Notes under the pieces: generated by a model
What the model saw: only the letters and a program-made list of their open reading frames with translations
What the model was told of the DNA's origin: nothing
Databases searched by the model: none
Made by a program: the position numbers and the translations under genes
Origin: a bacterium OM1 bin76
Lineage (GTDB): Bacteria; Actinomycetota; Acidimicrobiia; Spongiisociales; ZC4RG35
Assembly (NCBI GenBank): GCA_002238785.1
Contig: MPNA01000011.1
Location: 10,304 to 74,303 of the forward strand
Length of the DNA: 64,000 nucleotides
Direction of reading: 5' to 3'
In this document: positions 1 through 8,671 of the stretch, piece after piece
Layout: each line of letters begins with the position of its first letter
How positions within the stretch are numbered: position 1 is the stretch's first letter

Positions 1-85
1 GGGGTGGAGCTGGCAGGTCGGGAATGACGTTGTACCAACTGGTGGGAATCTGCGACTCCGCAAGAGTAAACTTCCTTTGAGCCAT
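1..85 (-). CDS. First 28 codons of a TrpB2-type tryptophan synthase beta-like PLP enzyme; gene runs off the left edge
   Basis: Reverse-strand ATG at 85..83 reads MAQRKFTLAESQIPTSWYNVIPDLPAPP. This resembles the conserved TrpB2 N-terminus from memory. Too short for the ORF track. Confidence 0.45.
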   Translation of the reverse strand, partial: MAQRKFTLAESQIPTSWYNVIPDLPAPP

Positions 86-108
86 GGTCGATCCTCGCTT
101 CGTCTCGG

Positions 109-738
109 GTGGCTTTGACTGTGGCTGATAATAGAGCACCCCACAAGGCAGGTGGACAGATGACTGTCACTCCTCCCCCGTCCCTTCCGTGGACCAACAA
201 TCCCGATGCCGACCGACTCTTGGCCGCGGACCCCCTGGCACTTCTGATCGGCATGCTGTTGGACCAGCAATTCCCTATGGAGCGGGCCTTTTTTGGTCCC
301 TTCCTGCTTCAGGAGCGCTTGGGCCGCGCTTTGGATGCCGGTGAGATCGCTAACTGGGACCCCGAAGAGATGTCGACGATTTTCCGGGGTCCGCCTGCCA
401 TCCATCGTTACCCGGCCTCTATGGCCAAACGTACCCAGGCCCTTTGCCAAGCGTTGGTGGACAAGTACGACGGGCAGACTGAACGCCTGTGGAACGAGGC
501 GGATGACGGGCGGGACTTGTACAGGCGGCTGATGAGCCTGCCCGGCTTCGGAGAGATGAAATCACGGGTGTTCGTAGGTGTGCTGGGCAAGCGTATGGGA
601 GTGCGGCCTCCCGGGTGGGAGGCGCAGTCAGCCCAGCGACCCTCCATAGCCGATGTGGCCCGCTGGGAGGATGTGGCAGAACTGCGAGCGATGAAGCGGG
701 AGATGAAAAAGGCCGCCAAGGCCAAAGCCAAGAAGTAA
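109..738 (+). CDS. HhH-GPD-type base excision DNA repair family protein
   Basis: 209-aa ORF. LLAADPLALLIGMLLDQQFPMERAF...PAIHRYPASMAKRTQALCQALVDKYDG is typical of the actinobacterial HhH-GPD family. Lys-rich C-tail. Confidence 0.75.
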   Translation: MALTVADNRAPHKAGGQMTVTPPPSLPWTNNPDADRLLAADPLALLIGMLLDQQFPMERAFFGPFLLQERLGRALDAGEIANWDPEEMSTIFRGPPAIHRYPASMAKRTQALCQALVDKYDGQTERLWNEADDGRDLYRRLMSLPGFGEMKSRVFVGVLGKRMGVRPPGWEAQSAQRPSIADVARWEDVAELRAMKREMKKAAKAKAKK

Positions 739-781
739 CCGCTCGGCGCTACTGCGAAGAAACCTCCTATTCTCTCTGACC

Positions 782-1384
782 ATGAAGATTGATTTCTATT
801 TCGACCCCGTCTGTCCATGGTGCTGGATCACCAGCCGATGGCTGACCGAAGTTGCTCCGCACCGCCCGGTGGACATCCGATGGCGCACCTTCAGTCTGTA
901 CATCAAGAACCAGGGCCGTGAACTCCCCGAGGAGTATTGGGAAGTAGCCGACTGGGGGCGGGAAGCCCTGCGGATAGTGGAGGCGGCGCGTGCCACCGAG
1001 GGCGAAGAGTTCGTAGGAGATTTCTACACTGAACTCGGCGCCCGCTTTCATCACGATGAGGAATACCTGCCGGACCTCGCCGACAGCCTGGAAGCCATCG
1101 GCCGCTCTCCGGACTGGGCGTCCGCCGCCGACGACCCCCAGTGGGACGCCGCCATTGAGGAGTCCATGTCGGAAGTGCTGGGCCTGCTTGGGGACGATAT
1201 CGGAGTGCCGTCGATTGTGTTCGACGGGAAGTACGGTTACTTCGGGCCGGTGATCTCCCCGGCGCCAACCGGTGAGGACGCCCTGAAACTGTTCGACGGC
1301 TTCGCTGCCCTGGCCGCCCAGCCGGGGATCTGGGAAGTAAAGCGGGAACGCACCGTAGGTCCGGTCTTCGGTCCCCGCCCTTAA
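782..1384 (+). CDS. DsbA-family thioredoxin-fold oxidoreductase
   Basis: N-terminal FDPVCPWCW (CxxC active site) immediately after the first beta-strand. Length about 200 aa. Confidence 0.8.
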   Translation: MKIDFYFDPVCPWCWITSRWLTEVAPHRPVDIRWRTFSLYIKNQGRELPEEYWEVADWGREALRIVEAARATEGEEFVGDFYTELGARFHHDEEYLPDLADSLEAIGRSPDWASAADDPQWDAAIEESMSEVLGLLGDDIGVPSIVFDGKYGYFGPVISPAPTGEDALKLFDGFAALAAQPGIWEVKRERTVGPVFGPRP

Positions 1385-1498
1385 CCGGGGGCTGGTTCAG
1401 TGAGCAGACAGCTCAGGGAGTCTCCAGGGTAGGCGCTTCACGCAGCAACCAGGGGCGCCTGCTTCTCGGAGTTCATTCGTGGCTGCCGAAGGGTGGAC

Positions 1499-1915
1499 TC
1501 AATGGGTCCAAGGATTGGTGACTTGAATGGCCAGTCCGTGAAAGTCGGAGACATTTCGCGTAGCAACGGAGAGAGAATGCGCCTTAGCCGTTCCTGCAAT
1601 CAAGGCATCCGCCAGATGCAGAACGCGGCCAGACCGGTGTGCTTGAGCCCGGAGAGAGGCGGCATGCTCTGCCTCTTGGCGGCCCACGGCCAGTATTCGG
1701 TCGCCGTATTCGGCAACAAACTCCGCTATCACGGCGCTTATACGGTCACGGCGATGTCCCGGGGGAAGGAGATTCACGCCGAATTGCAGTTCATGTACGA
1801 CTACCGTCGAGAGCCAAAGATCGCCTTGACTGCTTAGAAAGGTCATTACGCCGTAGGCCGGGGGACTTTTGGTTAGCTCCGAGACAACATTTGTGTCGAG
1901 AAGAAATGCAGTCAT
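1499..1915 (-). CDS. vapC: Type II toxin, PIN-domain ribonuclease VapC
   Basis: MTAFLLDTNVVSEL N-terminus (PIN acidic Asp). About 138 aa. 4-nt overlap with the upstream antitoxin gene. Confidence 0.85.
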   Translation of the reverse strand: MTAFLLDTNVVSELTKSPPAYGVMTFLSSQGDLWLSTVVVHELQFGVNLLPPGHRRDRISAVIAEFVAEYGDRILAVGRQEAEHAASLRAQAHRSGRVLHLADALIAGTAKAHSLSVATRNVSDFHGLAIQVTNPWTH

Positions 1916-2193
1916 ACATCTGCATCCGGAAAGAATGGAATCTCTCTTCCAGGCTCACTGCGACTCGGAATTTCAAGTTCAAGACCACGGGGAACGTTTG
2001 CCACCAGCCACTGTCCCATTGGTGGGCGTGGTGATGAATTGGCCGATTCCCAGTCTTCAGCCGGGACCACCACGAAGCGTTTTCGCTTGCCGATGTACTG
2101 TGGTCCTTCCTCCTCGGATAGCCGCAGTATCTCAGACAGTCGAGCCTTGCTTTCGGCGACTGTCCAAACTTGTTGAGGGCTAGCACCACTCAT
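1912..2193 (-). CDS. vapB: Type II antitoxin (Phd/YefM-type) partner of VapC
   Basis: 93 aa, VWTVAESKARLSEILRLSEEEGPQYIGKRKRFVVVPAEDWE. AGGAGG RBS upstream. Translationally coupled to vapC. Confidence 0.8.
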   Translation of the reverse strand: MSGASPQQVWTVAESKARLSEILRLSEEEGPQYIGKRKRFVVVPAEDWESANSSPRPPMGQWLVANVPRGLELEIPSRSEPGREIPFFPDADV

Positions 2194-2215
2194 TCGTCCA
2201 ACCTCCTGCAGTTAA

Positions 2216-2246
2216 GGCAATATGGTCTATTATAGACTATATTGCC
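2216..2246. promoter_or_regulatory. Candidate vapBC operator palindrome
   Basis: GGCAATATGGTCTA-TTA-TAGACTATATTGCC: 14-nt arms with one mismatch, 23 nt upstream of the vapB ATG, in the vapB/proC divergent spacer. Confidence 0.5.
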
Positions 2247-2305
2247 GCCCGTTGCAAACCCAGCACAGGAAACCAATCCATCTTTGTTCTTTATTATTGA
2301 ATGGA

Positions 2306-3112
2306 ATGTCCTCTCCTCCCACTATTGCGGTGCTTGGCGCCGGTGCGATGGGATCTGCGTTGGCCAGGGGATTGTTGGGTAATGGCTGGCTTCCGGGGGA
2401 TTTGATCTTGGCCGAAGTGGTGGCTGAGCGAGCAGCTCAAGTGGAAGCCGAACTGGGGTGCAAGTGCGTCTCCGATCCAGCCGAGGCGGTGAGGGGTCGG
2501 CAGGCGGTGGTGGTGGCTGTCAAGCCCCAGGACATAGAAACTCTGTTGGAGCAGGTGGCCGCAGCCATCATGCCGGACCAAGTGGTGATCACCTTGGCCG
2601 CCGGGGTCCGCATCGAGACTCTGGAGAACGCCTTGGGGAAGACCCCGGTGGTGCGAGTGATGCCTAATACACCTGCTCTGTTGGGAAAGGGAATCGCCGG
2701 GCTGGCAGGCGGGACATTTGCCGGATCGAGCGACATGAATCTGGCCCGGATGGTGATGGAGGCGGTGGGAGAGGTGGTGGAACTGCAAGAATCAGACTTG
2801 GACGCGGTTACGGCAGTTTCAGGTTCCGGGCCCGCCTATGTTTTTGCTCTCGCCGAGTCGATGACCGAGGCCGCTCTCAGGTTGGGCCTGTCTGCTGAGG
2901 TCGCACGGGAGTTGGTGAACTACACGGTCTTGGGAGCGGGAGAGATGCTGGTACGCACCGGCCAGAGCGCCGCTCATCTACGTCGACAGGTGGCCTCCCC
3001 GGGCGGCACGACCGCCGCTGCTCTGGCGGTTATGAAAGAGGGGGGATTCTCGGAACTGGTGATTCGGGCGCTTGAAGCCGCCAATGCCCGTTCCATCGAA
3101 CTGGGTGGATGA
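2306..3112 (+). CDS. proC: Pyrroline-5-carboxylate reductase
   Basis: Start moved to M29 of the tracked ORF (MSSPPTIAVLGAGAMGSALA Rossmann motif). C-terminal SPGGTTAAAL signature. Confidence 0.9.
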   Translation: MSSPPTIAVLGAGAMGSALARGLLGNGWLPGDLILAEVVAERAAQVEAELGCKCVSDPAEAVRGRQAVVVAVKPQDIETLLEQVAAAIMPDQVVITLAAGVRIETLENALGKTPVVRVMPNTPALLGKGIAGLAGGTFAGSSDMNLARMVMEAVGEVVELQESDLDAVTAVSGSGPAYVFALAESMTEAALRLGLSAEVARELVNYTVLGAGEMLVRTGQSAAHLRRQVASPGGTTAAALAVMKEGGFSELVIRALEAANARSIELGG

Positions 3113-3142
3113 CGGCAACCGGAAGGACTGAACAGAGGACCC

Positions 3143-3589
3143 ATGCAGGCGCCGGACTTCACTCTATTGGATCAGGATCGGATCCCGGTCTCCCTCTCCG
3201 ATTTCTCTGGTCGGAGACTGGTGGTGTTCTTCTACCCGAAGGCTATGACACCCGGTTGCACGGTGGAGGCGGGTGACTTTCGGGACAGCTACCAGGAGCT
3301 AATGGATGCCGGCCTGGCAGTGGTGGGGATCAGCCCCGACCCACCGGAGAGACTGGCGGAATTCCGCCGCCAGGAGAGTCTGCCGTTCCCCCTGCTGTCC
3401 GATACGGATCACCAGGTGGCCGAGGCGTTTGGCGCCTGGGGTACCAAGAAGTTGTATGGAAGGCAGATCGTGGGGCTCATCCGTTCCACCTTCGTGTTGG
3501 GTCCCGACGGTGAGGTGGAGAGGGCCTTTCGGAATGTTCGGGCCAAGGGCCACGTCAGCCGCCTGAAGCGAGATCTATTGGGTGGCTAG
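3143..3589 (+). CDS. bcp: Thioredoxin-dependent thiol peroxidase (Bcp-type peroxiredoxin)
   Basis: APDFTL...VVFFYPKAMTPGCTVEA peroxidatic Cys motif. 148 aa. Confidence 0.9.
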   Translation: MQAPDFTLLDQDRIPVSLSDFSGRRLVVFFYPKAMTPGCTVEAGDFRDSYQELMDAGLAVVGISPDPPERLAEFRRQESLPFPLLSDTDHQVAEAFGAWGTKKLYGRQIVGLIRSTFVLGPDGEVERAFRNVRAKGHVSRLKRDLLGG

Positions 3590-3695
3590 CCCTGCTCAAT
3601 CGTGGAGGAGGGTTTGAGTATCCTTTGGTCGGACGAGCGGAGTTGGCATCCGCTCTGATCCCTATGAGGCCGACTGCAGGGAGCGAGGTCGAAGC

Positions 3696-5861
3696 ATGAA
3701 AGCGTCGAAGGTGTTGTTTGCTCTGGGCGTGGTTTCGGCGGTCGGGGTGATGGTGCTGTGGTGGCTGGGGTCGGTGATGCACGCCGAGCCTCCCAGCGAG
3801 GTGGGTCGGGAGGTCTTTGGAAACATTCCGAGCGGTCTTGAGGCGGCTTTCTACGTCTCGATAGCTGCATTCCTGTGGTTGGCCTTCTATCTGTTCTCCC
3901 TGCGGGCTCGCAATTGGTCGCGAGGGGACAAGGAAAAGCGGGTGGGGGAGTGGAAGAAACGGCTTCGCTACCTGGCAGATGGCCTGCGAATGAAGACTCT
4001 GCTGCGTGACACCGCCTCCGGGCTGATGCATTCGATGATCTACTACGGATTTCTGGTGCTGCTGGCGGGGACCATCACTTTGGAAATAGATCACTTGATG
4101 CCCGAGTCCTTCAAATTCCTCCACGGCCCCTTCTACCTGGGTTACTCGGCAGTCCTGGACTTCTTCGCTTTGGTCTTCCTGGGTGGTCTGGCGTGGGCGG
4201 TGTTCCGGCGCTATGTCCGACCCCCCGCTCGCATCGCCTCCAAGACCCGTCCCGAGGACGCTTTGGTGTTGGGACTGCTGATCCTGGTTGGAGCCACCGG
4301 GTTGATAACGGAGGCCGCCCGGATTGCGGTGGACGGCCAGCCTGACTTCGAGAGGTGGTCTTTTGTGGGCTATCCACTCTCGTTCTGGATGCCCGCCGCG
4401 CCGGAACTGTTTCACCAGGTGGTTTGGGGGATACACGCCGCGTCATTCCTGGCGTTCCTGGTGGTCCTGCCGGTGACCAAGTTGCGCCACGCGGTCACCT
4501 CGCCGGTCAACATGTTCCTCTCTCCCAATGACCGGCCCAAGGGAGCCATGAAGGCCATGCCCAACCTCATGGAAGCAGAAGACCTGGAGACGGTTGGCGC
4601 CGGGGTGGTGGGTGATTACACCTGGAAGCAACTGTTCGACACCGACGCCTGCACCATCTGTGGTCGGTGCACATCGGTTTGCCCGGCGAACATCACCGGA
4701 AAACCTCTCGACCCTCGGGAGATCGTGGTCAAATCCGGAGAAGTGCTCACCGCCACCGGCCAACCGGTGGTAACTGCGCCAGTCGCCCTACCGGCTGGCG
4801 TCACCATTGACACCGACAGCCTTTTCGAGCGGATCACCTCCGAAGAGGTGTGGTCTTGCACCTCATGCCGGGCTTGTGACGACATCTGTCCGGTCAATAT
4901 CGAGATTCTGGACAAGATCCTCGACATGAGGCGTTACCTGACGCTGATGGAAGCCGATTTCCCTTCGGAATTGGCCAAGGCATTCGTTTCGATGGAGAAT
5001 CAAGGCAATCCTTGGGGTCTTGGCCGGGAACAACGGATCGAGTGGACCAGGCAACTGGACTTTGAAGTCAAGATCCTGGGACAAGACGGTGTGGATTCTG
5101 CCGAGTACCTGTGGTTTGTCGGGTGCGCAGGTTCGTTCGACGACCGCAATCGGGCGGTTACGCTATCGCTGGCTCGTCTCCTTCATCAAGCGGGACTCGA
5201 TTTCGCGGTGCTCGGACCCCGGGAGATGTGCAATGGAGATCCGGCGCGGCGGGGCGGCAACGAGTTCGTTTACCAGCAATTGGCTTTCGAGAACATCGAG
5301 ACCCTTGACTCCTTCGGTGTCAAGAAGGTGATCACCCAGTGTCCCCACTGCTTCAATACCCTGGCCAACGAATACCCCCAACTGGGTGGCAACTATGAAG
5401 TCATCCACCACACGCAGTTGCTGGCCGAGCTTTTGCGGCGCGGGGTTCTGACCAACACCAATGGCTCATCGAACGGCTCATCCGAGCCCCGCCGGGTTAC
5501 CTATCACGATCCATGCTATCTGGGTCGGCACAACGACATCTATCTGGCGCCTCGCGAAGTGGTAGCCGCCTCAGGGAATATCGAGATGGTCGAGATGCCC
5601 CGCCACGGCACCAAGGCCCTATGCTGCGGGGCGGGCGGCGCCCGGTTCTGGATGGAAGAGAGGGTGGGCAAGAAGATCAACACCGAACGAACCGAGGAGG
5701 CACTGGCCACCGGAGCGTCCGAGGTGGCGGTCTCCTGCCCTTATTGCTATGTGATGCTGGACGATGGAGTCAAAGAGGCTGGTCGCGATGAGGATGTGGT
5801 GGTGAGGGATCTGGCCGAGATGTTGGCAGAAGTTGCTCTGGAACGGGATGATTCCCGATGA
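3696..5861 (+). CDS. Membrane-anchored (Fe-S)-binding reductase, HdrD/GlcF-like (Rv0338c-type)
   Basis: N-terminal multi-TM domain. Two CxxCxxCxxxCP motifs (CTICGRCTSVCP, CTSCRACDDICP). C-terminal CCG-type Cys motifs (CPHCFNTL, CCGAGG, CPYCYVM). Confidence 0.85.
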   Translation: MKASKVLFALGVVSAVGVMVLWWLGSVMHAEPPSEVGREVFGNIPSGLEAAFYVSIAAFLWLAFYLFSLRARNWSRGDKEKRVGEWKKRLRYLADGLRMKTLLRDTASGLMHSMIYYGFLVLLAGTITLEIDHLMPESFKFLHGPFYLGYSAVLDFFALVFLGGLAWAVFRRYVRPPARIASKTRPEDALVLGLLILVGATGLITEAARIAVDGQPDFERWSFVGYPLSFWMPAAPELFHQVVWGIHAASFLAFLVVLPVTKLRHAVTSPVNMFLSPNDRPKGAMKAMPNLMEAEDLETVGAGVVGDYTWKQLFDTDACTICGRCTSVCPANITGKPLDPREIVVKSGEVLTATGQPVVTAPVALPAGVTIDTDSLFERITSEEVWSCTSCRACDDICPVNIEILDKILDMRRYLTLMEADFPSELAKAFVSMENQGNPWGLGREQRIEWTRQLDFEVKILGQDGVDSAEYLWFVGCAGSFDDRNRAVTLSLARLLHQAGLDFAVLGPREMCNGDPARRGGNEFVYQQLAFENIETLDSFGVKKVITQCPHCFNTLANEYPQLGGNYEVIHHTQLLAELLRRGVLTNTNGSSNGSSEPRRVTYHDPCYLGRHNDIYLAPREVVAASGNIEMVEMPRHGTKALCCGAGGARFWMEERVGKKINTERTEEALATGASEVAVSCPYCYVMLDDGVKEAGRDEDVVVRDLAEMLAEVALERDDSR

Positions 5862-5913
5862 TCGAGCCAGGGTGGGAGCGGAATTGCTGCCGCGCTTGCC
5901 TGCGTCAAACTCG

Positions 5914-6720
5914 ATGAGGATCGGCTATCAGGGGGAGATCTACTCCTACAGCCACCAAGTAGCCACTGAGTTGTTCCCTGAACAACGGCTTTGTGGATAC
6001 CCCAGCTTTTCGGGTGCGTTCTCGGCAATGCGAGACGCCGAAGTCGACCACCTGGTGCTGCCCATAGAGAATTCCACCACCGGTAGCGTTCTCCCTGTGT
6101 TGAACCGGTTGGTAACCGGTAGTTTTCACATCGTGGCCGAGCATATGAAGGTGGCCAGTCACAGTCTGTTGGGGCTGGGAGGCGCCGATCTGGCCGGTAT
6201 TCGCCGGGTGTTTTCTCATCCAGAGGCCCTCGCCCAAGCGGAGAGGACCTTAGCCCGGCGGGGTTGGGAAGGGGTGCCAGTGCACGACACTGCCGGGGCG
6301 GTGCGAATCGTTGCCTCCGAGGATGATCCTCAGCAGGCTGCCCTGGCTCACCTCAGCGCTTCGGCGCTGGGGTTGGTGGTCCTTTTGGAGAATGTGGTCG
6401 ACCGGGCCGACAACACCACCCGGTTCGTAGTGCTGGCGGCCGGCGAACCCCGGGTGCCTGAGACCGCCAACAAGACCTCGGTGGTCTTCGAGGTCCTTCA
6501 CCGACCGGGATCCTTGGCGCTGGCGCTAATGGAACTGGCCGCCCGAGGCGCCAATCTCACCCGGATCGAATCTCGTCCTTCCACCGAGGCGTGGCGCTAC
6601 CGCTTCTTTGTCGACTTGATCCACCCGCCGGGTCCCGACGGATTGGCCAAGGTGTTCAACCCTGACTTGGTGACGGTGAGCAATCTGCGCATGCTGGGAA
6701 GCTACCAATCCGCTCGATGA
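5914..6720 (+). CDS. pheA: Prephenate dehydratase
   Basis: Start moved to MRIGYQGE. NTTRFVVL (TRF) and TRIESRPS (ESRP) motifs. C-terminal ACT domain. Confidence 0.9.
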   Translation: MRIGYQGEIYSYSHQVATELFPEQRLCGYPSFSGAFSAMRDAEVDHLVLPIENSTTGSVLPVLNRLVTGSFHIVAEHMKVASHSLLGLGGADLAGIRRVFSHPEALAQAERTLARRGWEGVPVHDTAGAVRIVASEDDPQQAALAHLSASALGLVVLLENVVDRADNTTRFVVLAAGEPRVPETANKTSVVFEVLHRPGSLALALMELAARGANLTRIESRPSTEAWRYRFFVDLIHPPGPDGLAKVFNPDLVTVSNLRMLGSYQSAR

Positions 6721-7710
6721 GTCCTGTTCGGGCTGCCGGAGACGATTCATGAGCGGCGCCAGGGCGCTCTCGAGGGAAGGCGGAGGGGGCTTACCCCACT
6801 GAAGGTCGTCCAGTTTCCCAATCACTGCGTCCGGTTGCCTTCCTGCCCAAACACCAAGGTGGAACAGCACCTCGCGTCGCGTTGACTCCTCAGCTTCCAG
6901 GTGATTCACTACCACCCACGGCCGCTGTCCGATGCCCAGTGCGGTCAGGAACGAGGCTGCTCGAACGATCCCCGACGGGCTGGCCCTGCACACCACCACC
7001 TTCTGGCCCGGCCACTGCTCGAAAGAGTCGAGGCACGGGCCAAGATCGACCACCGTGGTCCGGTAGTCCCAGAGCCGGGACCATCCGCTTGCCAGCATGC
7101 CCCCCGAAGACCCGCCGGGGCCGCGAAGCAGCACATCGATCCCGTGGATGGTGACCGGTTCGTAGACGCTGTCAGGCGGGGGAACACCCAGGCGGAGTCC
7201 CAAAGAGGGAGAGGGGTCGGCTTCTACCAGCAAGCAGGGGCCCGTTCTGGCTGCCATCCAGGCCAGACCCAAGGAAACCTCGGTTACTCCGGGAGCACCC
7301 CGTGGTCCTCCCACCGCCACCACTCGTGGTTGCTCAGCCTCAACAGCGACGGGGTCCCGAACCCCGAGGCCGGTACGGAGGACCGTGGCCGCCCACGCCG
7401 GATCAGGCTCCTCGAGGATGTGATCGCATCCCCAGTCCTCCAGGAGGCCACGGCCTACCGGTTGATAAGGGTCTTCGATTCCCAAAACCGTTGCCCCTTC
7501 ATTCTTCCAGGCGCTAATCAAACCGCGGGACAGCCAGGGTATCTCTAACCCCACCAGCACTCCCTGCGCTGCTCTATGGCGAAGGGCGTCCTGAACTTGA
7601 AAGGGGTGGGAGGCCCTACGGACTATTTGAAGAGACCCGGTCAGTCTCGCCTGCTCCACTAGCTCCGATTCCCAGAAGGGCCCAGCAGTGGTGACCACGC
7701 GCGGGATCAT
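6526..7710 (-). CDS. CpaE/Ssd-like ParA/MinD-superfamily protein with degenerate Walker A
   Basis: Receiver-like N-domain, then VVAVGGPRGAPGVTEVSLGLA in place of a canonical GxxGxGKT. Resembles the helicase/secretion-neighbourhood CpaE-like family. The last ~65 codons overlap pheA antisense. Confidence 0.6.
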   Translation of the reverse strand: MIPRVVTTAGPFWESELVEQARLTGSLQIVRRASHPFQVQDALRHRAAQGVLVGLEIPWLSRGLISAWKNEGATVLGIEDPYQPVGRGLLEDWGCDHILEEPDPAWAATVLRTGLGVRDPVAVEAEQPRVVAVGGPRGAPGVTEVSLGLAWMAARTGPCLLVEADPSPSLGLRLGVPPPDSVYEPVTIHGIDVLLRGPGGSSGGMLASGWSRLWDYRTTVVDLGPCLDSFEQWPGQKVVVCRASPSGIVRAASFLTALGIGQRPWVVVNHLEAEESTRREVLFHLGVWAGRQPDAVIGKLDDLQWGKPPPPSLESALAPLMNRLRQPEQDSSSGLVASQHAQIAHRHQVRVEHLGQSVGTRRVDQVDKEAVAPRLGGRTRFDPGEIGASGGQFH

Positions 7711-8009
7711 GTCAACTCGATCATCTCAACGGTGGCAAGGGGAATGATCAGACGGCGGGTGTCGCCAAGTTCCACATGATCCTGGCCGACCGCCGATGGG
7801 ATGCCTTCACAGAGATGACCTCCCTTCACCCAGACTCGAATGGGTTGGCCGGCGTCCTCGGCGTCCAGCAGGCGGTCCCGAAGGGTGGCCATACGCTGGA
7901 TCTGGAGGAGGGCCGCTTCCTGTTCGTACTCCAGCGTCTCCTGGAAGCGTCGTCGAACCAGTTCTTGAAAGTCCGCCAGATCGGGATGTTCAGATTTTTT
8001 GGAGACCAC
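7707..8009 (-). CDS. Hypothetical 100-aa protein, translationally coupled to the CpaE-like gene
   Basis: ATGA stop/start overlap at 7707..7710. Helical N-half and beta-rich C-half (VGQDHVELGDTRRLIIPLATVEMIEL). No family recognised. Confidence 0.5.
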   Translation of the reverse strand: MVSKKSEHPDLADFQELVRRRFQETLEYEQEAALLQIQRMATLRDRLLDAEDAGQPIRVWVKGGHLCEGIPSAVGQDHVELGDTRRLIIPLATVEMIELT

Positions 8010-8167
8010 TATCTCACCTCAACACAGGGCTGTTACCACAATCTGTCCTGCCGCAGTTACCAGTGTCAAGTCTGCGGCTTGGGTTTGTTGAAAAACATTT
8101 CCCACTTCGGTTACCACTATCGGGTCGAACCTGATACCGTGAGGGGAAAGTTCGAGATAGGAGGTCT

Positions 8168-8671
8168 ATGCACGTATCACTTACGGTTAACGGCCAGCGG
8201 GCGGTGACTGATGTCGAGCCCCGCACGTTGCTGGTGCACCTGTTACGAGAAGAGCTGGGCCTGACCGGCACCCATGTAGGTTGTGATACTTCGTATTGCG
8301 GGGCCTGCACGGTGATCGTCAACGGAAACACTGTCAAGTCATGCACAATGCTGGCCGTCCAGGCGCAGGGCGCCGAGGTGACCACTATCGAGGGGTTGGC
8401 CGGCAACGGCGACCTCCATCCCGTCCAGGAGGGATTCTGGGAACGGCATGGTCTCCAGTGCGGGTTCTGCACCCCGGGGATGATCATGTCCGCGGTGGGC
8501 CTGCTGTCTGATAACGAGTCTCCCACAGAAAATGAAATACGGCATGGGCTGGAAGGCAATCTGTGCCGATGCACCGGGTACCACAACATAGTTAGAGCCG
8601 TGGAATACGCGGCCGCCAAGATGCGAGGCGACGAACCGCCTCCCCCTGAATGGGAGGAGGATTCGGCGTGA
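8168..8671 (+). CDS. (2Fe-2S)-binding small subunit of a xanthine dehydrogenase/CoxSLM-family molybdoenzyme
   Basis: [12 protein letters not shown] and CGFCTPGM / CRCTGY cluster motifs. 167 aa. Confidence 0.9.
   Translation: MHVSLTVNGQRAVTDVEPRTLLVHLLREELGLTGTHVGCDTSYCGACTVIVNGNTVKSCTMLAVQAQGAEVTTIEGLAGNGDLHPVQEGFWERHGLQCGFCTPGMIMSAVGLLSDNESPTENEIRHGLEGNLCRCTGYHNIVRAVEYAAAKMRGDEPPPPEWEEDSA

Noticed and set aside
3555-4436. 293-aa minus-strand ORF
   Set aside because: It is antisense to the Fe-S reductase membrane domain. Its P/Q/H/R-rich composition has no motifs.
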